Of a DNA stretch of 32,866 bases, positions 26,795-32,866 are shown in pieces (within the stretch, counting starts at the first letter, position 1; every line of letters starts with the position of its first letter). The notes beneath the pieces are model-generated. The model had not been told where the DNA came from. It made no database searches and saw nothing but the letters and a program-made list of their open reading frames with translations. A program made the position numbers and the translations under genes. Source of the DNA: Verrucomicrobiota bacterium (GTDB taxonomy: Bacteria > Verrucomicrobiota > Verrucomicrobiia > Limisphaerales > CANJSG01); NCBI GenBank assembly GCA_038209745.1, contig JBBQXJ010000053.1:1-32866 (forward strand). Direction: 5' to 3'.

Positions 26795-26983
26795 GGAACG
26801 AGGCAGTGGGGACGGGGGACCGCGCCCGCCCCGGGCCCAGTGGACCACGCCCTTGCGGTCCACTGGAGGCGCAGAAGGCGATTCCCCGCCTAATGCGTCC
26901 GGGCGCGTCCGTGTCCGGCGCAGGGCCCGCCGGACGGCAGCCGGGGCGGCCGCGTTCCCCATTCTTTTCCACTGCACCGTTCC
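26795..26983. repeat. 189-bp nested inverted-repeat element (REP/REPIN- or MITE-like)
   Basis: Outer IR 26795-26809 / 26969-26983 (13 of 15 match), inner IR 26815-26834 / 26941-26960 (18 of 20), internal hairpins 26837-26866 (10-bp stem) and 26913-26935 (8-bp stem). Confidence 0.7.
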
Positions 26984-27018
26984 AGGGTAGGCTCTCCGAT
27001 AAGGGGGCGTATTGGCCA

Positions 27019-27909
27019 TTATTTTTGATTGAGCTTCTTGATTATCCCACCGTGTGATCCGCCCCTGCTCGGAGATTGCCGGAAACGCATTTTAAATGAA
27101 AGACGCGCCAATTCCAACAATTGGACGATGTTGCAAATAGAGCCAGACAGACCCTTGGCTCGAAAAACGAAGGCTTCCGGGATCGTTTGTCTAAGAATTG
27201 TTTTGAATGCCGCCACTATGTAGCGGGTGGGCGGATGGTTTTGGAGATGCCCAGGATGCTTCGTCCAAAAGATTCGATGGGATTCGGTCGCCTTTCTGAC
27301 GGCGGTTAACCCGCCGTTCTTTCGCCACGGATGACATACGGAGGCTTCCTTGGAGAAACGGATGGCTACGCCAATGGCATTCAATCTTTCGCGCAAATCC
27401 ACGTCCTCCATTGCTGCATAGGGGAAATCTTCGTCGAAGCCGCCGATTTTTTCGAACAGAGACCGCTTGATCGCAAAATTGCAGGACCAAAGGTAGCCGC
27501 CCGATTGGTTGACGGGGGCCACTTCGTCCATCCGCTGTTTCGGCCTGTCGGTGTGTATAGAGCCCTCTATCACCTGGAGGTTTGGTTCTTCCAGAGCGAA
27601 ACGCTCAAATGCGGACAAACAGCCGGCCGACGGAAGGCAGTCGTCATCGAGAAAGAGGAGCCATTCTCCCGTGGCGATGCTCGCGCCATGGTTGCGGTTT
27701 GCGGCAGGGCCACGCCGGGGCCCGGCCGTCCACTGCGCCCATGGAAACCGGGTCTTGATGAGATGCTCGGCCGTGGATTTTAGACCGTCGTCGGTCACGA
27801 TCACCCGGTAGAGATTCGATGCCGCCGTCTGAGTTCCCGGAGCCAAGCGGTCGAGGCAGAGCGCGAGCTGCTCGTTGCGGTGGCAGGTGGGGATGACGAT
27901 GGAAATCAT
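27019..27909 (-). CDS. Glycosyltransferase family 2
   Basis: ISIVIPTCHR, VTDDG, GPAANRNHGA, LFLDDDC, GGFDEDF...EDVDL. Confidence 0.92.
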   Translation of the reverse strand: MISIVIPTCHRNEQLALCLDRLAPGTQTAASNLYRVIVTDDGLKSTAEHLIKTRFPWAQWTAGPRRGPAANRNHGASIATGEWLLFLDDDCLPSAGCLSAFERFALEEPNLQVIEGSIHTDRPKQRMDEVAPVNQSGGYLWSCNFAIKRSLFEKIGGFDEDFPYAAMEDVDLRERLNAIGVAIRFSKEASVCHPWRKNGGLTAVRKATESHRIFWTKHPGHLQNHPPTRYIVAAFKTILRQTIPEAFVFRAKGLSGSICNIVQLLELARLSFKMRFRQSPSRGGSHGGIIKKLNQK

Positions 27910-28916
27910 GGGGGCGAAGGAACAGAACCGATGTCGAGCCGTGCCGTCTCACGGAAGAGCCGCTCGGTGAAACGGGCGGCACCCGTTGCGTCTAGATGGA
28001 GCGAATCGTGGAACTCCGTCGGATCGGTCACCCAATCGCCGGCCTCGATCAGGGCGGCATGTCGAACCTCGAGCCGTCCACGGAGCCATGCTTTATAGGC
28101 GGTCCAGGCGGGGCGGGCATAGAAAAGCCGACGGTGTTCCGGCGTCATGGGTATTTCGACGAAGTAGACTTTACACCCTATCCGGGTCGCGCTTTCGATG
28201 ATGTCGTCGATGGCCGGGTGAAACGGGGCATTTTCACGGACAACGTTTTCACAATGGCGGGCGAACGCGTCGGAAGAGTCCGCCATGAAAGCACTGAATT
28301 CGTCCTTGGTTGCGCCGTCTTTGGCCTCGGGGTTTGAGGGCGCCGACTTCAGGCCGATCGCGGCCAATTTGCGGCGCAGTTCTTCGACCTTGCCCCAAAA
28401 GGTGATCCGTTCAGTGAAAAGCGGAACGTGGGACGCGGCCTGCATGAAAGCGTGGCCGAGCCGGGAGCCTGGGGCATGGTATTTTGCCGAGAGTTCGGGG
28501 TCGACGAAGTAGCCCATCGCCATGTTGCCTCCAAGCGCCCACCAGACCGAGTTGGTGTATTCTTGAAGCTGCAGGTCGAAGAACCCGTAGAAGATCCGCC
28601 TGGGATGGTTCCCGGTCTTCAGAAGCTCGTCCCACAGCACGGCGTGTTCTGCCGGGGTGGACCAACCGAGGCCGAGATTGACGGGCCGAGACGGGATTTT
28701 TCCGACGGCGGCCGTGCGGCTCCAAGCGGCCTCGGACACGCCCGCCCTGACAATCGAGTTGCCAAGGAACGCGTCGGTAAAGGCGGTCGAGGAATGCGCC
28801 TGGCGAACGATGACCCGCGGGACCGCGTTGCGCCCCATCCAGCCCACGGCCCTGTCCAGGCCCAGGAGCAGGATCACGGCGACGACCGCCGCTTGGATGA
28901 ACGTCCGGCGCTCCAC
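27906..28916 (-). CDS. Extracytoplasmic SGNH-like acyltransferase (DltD/AlgJ/AlgX/PatB-like)
   Basis: N-terminal anchor, Block I FLGNSIVRAG (Ser), VNLGLGWST, Block V FHDSLHLDATGA (DxxH). GTG start directly abuts the peptide's stop. Confidence 0.8.
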   Translation of the reverse strand: MERRTFIQAAVVAVILLLGLDRAVGWMGRNAVPRVIVRQAHSSTAFTDAFLGNSIVRAGVSEAAWSRTAAVGKIPSRPVNLGLGWSTPAEHAVLWDELLKTGNHPRRIFYGFFDLQLQEYTNSVWWALGGNMAMGYFVDPELSAKYHAPGSRLGHAFMQAASHVPLFTERITFWGKVEELRRKLAAIGLKSAPSNPEAKDGATKDEFSAFMADSSDAFARHCENVVRENAPFHPAIDDIIESATRIGCKVYFVEIPMTPEHRRLFYARPAWTAYKAWLRGRLEVRHAALIEAGDWVTDPTEFHDSLHLDATGAARFTERLFRETARLDIGSVPSPP

Positions 28917-29102
28917 TCAAAAATCGATGTAGATGAACTTGGAGCTCTGGCCACAAAACAACGCGATCACACCCAGGAGCACCGCCCACCAGACGCCCCA
29001 GACCCAGCCGGGAAGATTGCGTCCCAACCAGACGGGCGCGTCGGCGGAGCAGCCGTTCAGGTAGTCGAGCAGTTCCTTCAAGCGCAGAAAGAAGATGTTC
29101 AT
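28917..29102 (-). CDS. Small membrane peptide with C-terminal FIYIDF acyl-shuttle motif (DltX/PatC-like)
   Basis: 61 aa from ATG 29102 (ATGA overlap with the MBOAT stop): MNIFFLRLKELLDYLNGCSADAPVWLGRNLPGWVWGVWWAVLLGVIALFCGQSSKFIYIDF. One TM helix then a terminal F-I-Y-x-x-F. Confidence 0.85.
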   Translation of the reverse strand: MNIFFLRLKELLDYLNGCSADAPVWLGRNLPGWVWGVWWAVLLGVIALFCGQSSKFIYIDF

Positions 29103-30283
29103 CCGAGGAAGAGCCGTCGCAGGAAGAACGAGGCCGTGGGCAGGTCCATGACGAAGAAGGCCCAGCCGAGGTTCACGCAGACGAAGGTCGTGGCCCATCC
29201 CGCGTAGCGGCCCAGCAGTGTCGGCGATTTGTCGGTCGCTCCGGCCCGTTTCGTCCAGGCGCGATGGACGGCCAGGAGCACCCCGTGCCAGAGGCCCCAG
29301 ACGAGGAAGTTCAGGCCGGCCCCGTGCCAGATGCCGCTCACCAGCATGGTGATCAGGAGATTGCCATAGATCCTAGGCGGAGAGACGCGGGATCCGCCCA
29401 GTGGAATATAGACGTAGTCCATGAGCCATTTACTGAGCGACATGTGCCAATGGGTCCAGAATTTGGCGATGTTGGTCTGGAGATAGGGCCAGTCGAAGTT
29501 CTCCGGCACCTTCAATCCAAACAGCCGGGCCGAGCCGATGGCGATATCCGAGTAGGCCGAGAAGTCCGCATAGATCTTGACGCCATAGGCCATCAGCCAA
29601 ACCGGCAGGATCCAGCGTTCGGCTTGGGCGATGTCATCGTGGTTCAGGTGGTCGGTCAGGGCCGTCAGCAGGTCCGCGACCGCGAACTTCTTGGCCAAGC
29701 CGACCAGGATCCGGGTCATGCCGAGACGCCCATCGACCGCCCAGGCGGTGGAAGGCGCACGAAGGTTCGGCAGGAAGTCCTGATAGCGCTTGATCGGCCC
29801 CGCGACCATCGTCGGGAAGAACAGGATGAAGGCCAGATATTCGGAGAATTTCCCGGGCACCGTCTTGTTCTTCCAACGGTCCACCGCGTAGTGGATGAAC
29901 TCGAAGGTGAAGAAGGAGATGCCGAGCGGCAGGAACGCGCCATGCCAATGCCAGGGGTTGTTCCTTGGGTTTCCCCCAAAGGGAAGCCCGGTGAAGAAAT
30001 TCCAGTATTTGAAGATGCCCAGCGCCACCACCGCGACGACGACGCCGAGCAGGCACCAGCGCGATCCTGGGCGGTAGAGCCGGCTGATGGCCGATTCCCA
30101 CAGGAACAGGAGCAAGCAGGCCGCGCCGATCCAGCCGGCGAGCGCGGTCACGGAAAAAAAGACGAAGAACGCCGCCCCGAACAGGCTCAACACCCAGGGC
30201 TTCGCCGCCGGTGCCGCCAGCCGGAAGCCGATGGCCGCCGGAAGCAGGAACAGGAGAAAATAGCTGAAGGTGTTGAAGATCAT
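29099..30283 (-). CDS. MBOAT family O-acyltransferase (AlgI/DltB/PatA type)
   Basis: LPLGISFFTF, FFPTMVAGPIKR, IYADFSAYSDIAIG, PENFDWPY, FWTHWHMSLSKWLMDYVYIPLGG, SGIWHGAG (catalytic His). 394 aa, ending RRLFLG. Confidence 0.95.
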   Translation of the reverse strand: MIFNTFSYFLLFLLPAAIGFRLAAPAAKPWVLSLFGAAFFVFFSVTALAGWIGAACLLLFLWESAISRLYRPGSRWCLLGVVVAVVALGIFKYWNFFTGLPFGGNPRNNPWHWHGAFLPLGISFFTFEFIHYAVDRWKNKTVPGKFSEYLAFILFFPTMVAGPIKRYQDFLPNLRAPSTAWAVDGRLGMTRILVGLAKKFAVADLLTALTDHLNHDDIAQAERWILPVWLMAYGVKIYADFSAYSDIAIGSARLFGLKVPENFDWPYLQTNIAKFWTHWHMSLSKWLMDYVYIPLGGSRVSPPRIYGNLLITMLVSGIWHGAGLNFLVWGLWHGVLLAVHRAWTKRAGATDKSPTLLGRYAGWATTFVCVNLGWAFFVMDLPTASFFLRRLFLG

Positions 30284-30289
30284 CCGGGC

Positions 30290-31126
30290 TCACCGCTGGG
30301 TCGTCCGTCGAGTCCGTCGCCAGCGCGAACGCCAGAATTGATAGTGGGGGCAGTAGAGACTTATGAAGGCGCCCAAGAGGTCGCGGTCCCGAAGATCGCG
30401 GTCTACCATGGTGCGGGCCGAGTAGGAAACCAGGCTGATGTAGCCCCTCCAGGAAATCGATTCGGACGTCCCGGCGTTCCAGCGCCAATAGCGTTCCAGG
30501 ACCTGGGAGAGGGGATTGATCGCCGCAGTCATTGATTCAAGTTCGGAGTCTCGGACGACATCCCATCCGGCTGCTAGCAGTCGGTTTCCAAGTTCCGCGT
30601 CCTCGGTGTGCCGGAGAGCCGCATCGTAGTTGCCTGCCGCGAGGACGGCGGATCGACGCACGGTTGCCCCATTGGCCACAAGGCAGGCCCTGTGTTCCGG
30701 TCGTGGCGGAGGGGATCCCCTTGGTGGTGTTTTGAACAGATGTCGACCGCGCCATCGTGTGGCCGCGTTTCCTCCAGGTCGTTGGCTGAGCCGGCCGAAT
30801 ACGGCCGCCACGTCGGCGCTCTCGAACCATTTCCGAGATCTGCTGGAAAAATCAGGCGGCAGCACGTTGGTCGCGTCGCAGCATATCACCAACTCGCTTT
30901 CCGCCTCGATCATCGCCCGAGCTCGGGCGGCACCACGTCCAAGATTGGACGGCTGACGGAGCACTCTGACACCCGCCGCTTCCAGCAAGGACGCTCCTCC
31001 GTCGGTGGATCCGTCGTCCAACGCGAACACCTCGTCCAAAGGCGGTTGCTGCGCGCGCAGGGACTCCACGGCCGCGAGCACCGTGGGGGCATTGTTGTAG
31101 AATGGGACGTAACCGGAGAGTCTCAT
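30290..31126 (-). CDS. Glycosyltransferase family 2
   Basis: YVPFYNN, LDDGSTDG, NLGRGAARARA, CCDAT, HTEDAELG. Confidence 0.88.
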   Translation of the reverse strand: MRLSGYVPFYNNAPTVLAAVESLRAQQPPLDEVFALDDGSTDGGASLLEAAGVRVLRQPSNLGRGAARARAMIEAESELVICCDATNVLPPDFSSRSRKWFESADVAAVFGRLSQRPGGNAATRWRGRHLFKTPPRGSPPPRPEHRACLVANGATVRRSAVLAAGNYDAALRHTEDAELGNRLLAAGWDVVRDSELESMTAAINPLSQVLERYWRWNAGTSESISWRGYISLVSYSARTMVDRDLRDRDLLGAFISLYCPHYQFWRSRWRRTRRTTQR

Positions 31127-32088
31127 TTAGCTTTGAGGAGAGAGATTCCTTGCTGTCTTTGCCCGTCCTGCCCCTGGGGATTCGTCTTGGTCAACCTGCG
31201 TTGAAACAGCTCCAGGACCGCTTGGTGGACCTCGTCCACCCCGATCATCGTCATGCACTTCATTTCGTGCGGGCAGTGCTCGTTCTTGCTGGTGTGCAGC
31301 CAGCACGGGCTGCATTCGAGCTGGACGTAGAGGTTCCTGTTCCCCGAATAGCCGAGGCACGCGGCGGGACGAGAGCCGCCGTAGATGATGACCGACGGGA
31401 CGTCCAGCCCGTTGGCCGCGTGCATCAGGAAACTGTCGGGTCCGATGTGGACCTTGGCCAAGGCGATCATCGCCATGGACTCGCGCTTGGTCAGCGTGCC
31501 GCCGAACGAGCGGACCCCGGGAAAGGCCGGTTCCTTGTCGTCGCCGATCTGGATCAGGGTGAACGTCTCCTGCAACCGGCGGACCAGTTCCTGCCAGGAG
31601 TCCATGCGCCAGACCTTCACCAGCTCCTTGCTCATCACATTGATCGAAACCACGGAAAGATCGACCGGTCCGAGACGATGGCGAGCGGCTTCGATTTCCG
31701 CCGGACGGAGATGGATCCGGGCCTTGTATTCGTAGTCGCGGATCCCCACCTGGCCCAGCGTCGAGGCGAGGACGTTCCCCTCGTTGGCCCGGCCGTCGAG
31801 AATGCCAAGATACTCGAACGCGAGATGGCAGAAGCCCTTCGCCCCGTTGAGCTCGTCAATGGCCGGATCGCACTCCAGGAGGTCGGGATTGCGGGTGATG
31901 ACGTTCAATCGCAGTCGCGGAAAGCGGGCCTTGAGGGTCCGGCAGATCGTTCCACACATCACCGTGTCGCCCGGTGTGCTGAACTGGTCGACGACCGTGA
32001 GCCGACCGCCCACGCCGTTCAACAGCCAAAGATTCCGGAGGAGAAGCCGGTTTCCGTGCCAGGCGAACTTGGTTGAGAAAGACGACAT
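31123..32088 (-). CDS. Glycosyltransferase family 9 (heptosyltransferase-like)
   Basis: PGDTVMCGTICRTLKARFP, KVWRMDSW, HIGPDSFLMHAANGLDVPSVIIYG, ECSPCW...CMTMIGVDEV. Start is ATG 32088 or TTG 32103. Confidence 0.88.
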   Translation of the reverse strand: MSSFSTKFAWHGNRLLLRNLWLLNGVGGRLTVVDQFSTPGDTVMCGTICRTLKARFPRLRLNVITRNPDLLECDPAIDELNGAKGFCHLAFEYLGILDGRANEGNVLASTLGQVGIRDYEYKARIHLRPAEIEAARHRLGPVDLSVVSINVMSKELVKVWRMDSWQELVRRLQETFTLIQIGDDKEPAFPGVRSFGGTLTKRESMAMIALAKVHIGPDSFLMHAANGLDVPSVIIYGGSRPAACLGYSGNRNLYVQLECSPCWLHTSKNEHCPHEMKCMTMIGVDEVHQAVLELFQRRLTKTNPQGQDGQRQQGISLLKAK

Positions 32089-32253
32089 CAAGAGGGGATT
32101 CAAGCGAAAAATTGCGAGATTGAGGAGACAGGCTCTACAAGTTCTCTGATTTCCGAACGCTACTGCAGGCCGCGTGTCCTTACGCGACGCTGGAACATTC
32201 TTTTGGGTGAGCAGCAGGCGGGACTATTCTCGTCGCCCGGGGCAGAAGGACCT

Positions 32254-32404
32254 TGTCGCCATCGAACACGCGATCAGCGCTATCAGGCGCTGCTGCATCG
32301 TCGACGAAGTCTCCCGCCACATCAAAGCCGGTTTTGCCGACCTTGCCATGAACATCGCCTACGGCCTCCACAACTGCCGTCTCGCTTCCCGTCCCGCCGT
32401 CTGA
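32254..32404 (+). mobile_element. Degenerate C-terminal fragment of an IS5-family (ISL2-group / DDE_Tnp_4) transposase
   Basis: VAIEHAISAIRRCCIVDEVSRHIKAGFADLAMNIAYGLHNCR resembles the IEHxI..vKR.RI....R......D..M..ACGLHNFR C-terminus of these transposases. No N-terminal part is visible. Confidence 0.65.
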
Positions 32405-32516
32405 GCCGGCGCTCCGTCTTCCCTGTGTCTTCGACTAGGCCTCATTCAGCATAGAACCTATTGTGGAGTCGCCGTGGCGGAAGTAGGCCATCGCATGTTG
32501 CATTCATTCCTCAATC

Positions 32517-32726
32517 CTAGAACGCGACCGATGGAATCAAGCTTTGAGCGATCCTCCGATAGATCTGAGTTGGATGATTCTGGTTCTCAGCAAGCAACGA
32601 AACGCGCCGCGCCATGTCGTGCACTTGGGTCTCCGACATCAGGCAGATCCTTTCGATGGCATCGTTCCAACGTCCCGAGGTGACTAAGAGGGCATTAGAT
32701 CCATCGACAAGGGGTAATGCTTGAAA
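32517..32726 (-). pseudogene. 3' portion of a gene interrupted by the adjacent IS, possibly a glycosyltransferase
   Basis: Stop-free frame of 69 codons from the IS end to TAG 32517-32519: FQALPLVDGSNALLVTSGRWNDAIERICLMSETQVHDMARRVSLLAENQNHPTQIYRRIAQSLIPSVAF*. It resembles a GT-B C-terminus. Confidence 0.45.
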
Positions 32727-32728
32727 AG

Positions 32729-32866
32729 CATCGGCGTCCGAAGGCGGGTGTCATGATGCGGCGTAGAGGGAGGCGAGGCGTGGCACGGCGAGGGCTTCCG
32801 TGAGCCGGTCGCGCAGGGCGTGGCGGAGCCAGCGGAGGAACTTCACGCTGCGCTGGGTGGCCCGCC
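32729..32866 (-). mobile_element. Right end of a probable IS4-family element: transposase C-terminus plus terminal repeat
   Basis: Minus strand RATQRSVKFLRWLRHALRDRLTEALAVPRLASLYAAS* (TGA 32751-32753), then ...TTCGGACGCCGATG (plus strand CATCGGCGTCCGAA 32729-32742), resembling IS4-type CAT..GTCC termini. Abrupt GC shift at the boundary. Family call rests on recalled similarity. Confidence 0.55.

Noticed and set aside
28953..28964. Lipobox in the shuttle peptide (ALFC)
   Set aside because: It does not fit [LVI][ASTVI][GAS]C and lies at residue 50, too far from the N-terminus.
30154..30160. Homopolymer tracts (A7 in the MBOAT gene, G7 in moaA) as phase-variation switches
   Set aside because: Short, in frame and encoding ordinary Phe-Phe or Pro-Pro; no long simple repeats were seen.
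11479..32076. Many long plus-strand ORFs across the polysaccharide locus (e.g. 11479-12792, 18662-20092, 29264-30535)
   Set aside because: Antisense shadows expected from high-GC codon bias. They show no domain motifs, while the minus strand is fully occupied by recognisable genes.
1..32866. CRISPR array, tRNA/rRNA, prophage or defence genes
   Set aside because: No regularly spaced direct repeats, tRNA arms, or phage/defence protein motifs were found by eye.

Overview
GC-rich bacterial DNA, probably Verrucomicrobiota (inferred from gene content and protein style). No rRNA, tRNA or CRISPR array was seen. The left ~11.4 kb is mixed housekeeping and accessory: a 3'-truncated moaA that the ORF track misses, a membrane-anchored coiled-coil protein, a stand-alone Lon N-domain gene coupled to a DUF1844-like gene, an EEP nuclease pseudogene with two in-frame stops, xseB-dxs, an uncharacterised Tat-exported alkaline-phosphatase-superfamily protein paired with a membrane protein, a cupin, a collapsed gene remnant, an orphan cNMP-binding histidine kinase, and two small membrane proteins (PLDc_N-like and PspC-like). 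The right ~21 kb (11512-32100) is one minus-strand surface-polysaccharide locus. It holds 12 glycosyltransferases (GT2, GT4, GT9 and an exostosin/GT47-like one), a Wzy/O-antigen-ligase-like protein, a UGM-like flavoenzyme and three classes of acylation machinery. The most notable element is a coupled trio: an MBOAT (29099-30283), a 61-aa membrane peptide ending FIYIDF (28917-29102) and an SGNH-like protein (27906-28916). This looks like a DltB/DltX/DltD- or PatA/PatC/PatB-type tyrosine acyl-shuttle system aimed at an unknown glycan. The locus also contains a 189-bp nested inverted-repeat element and ends at IS remnants, one of which appears to interrupt a further gene.
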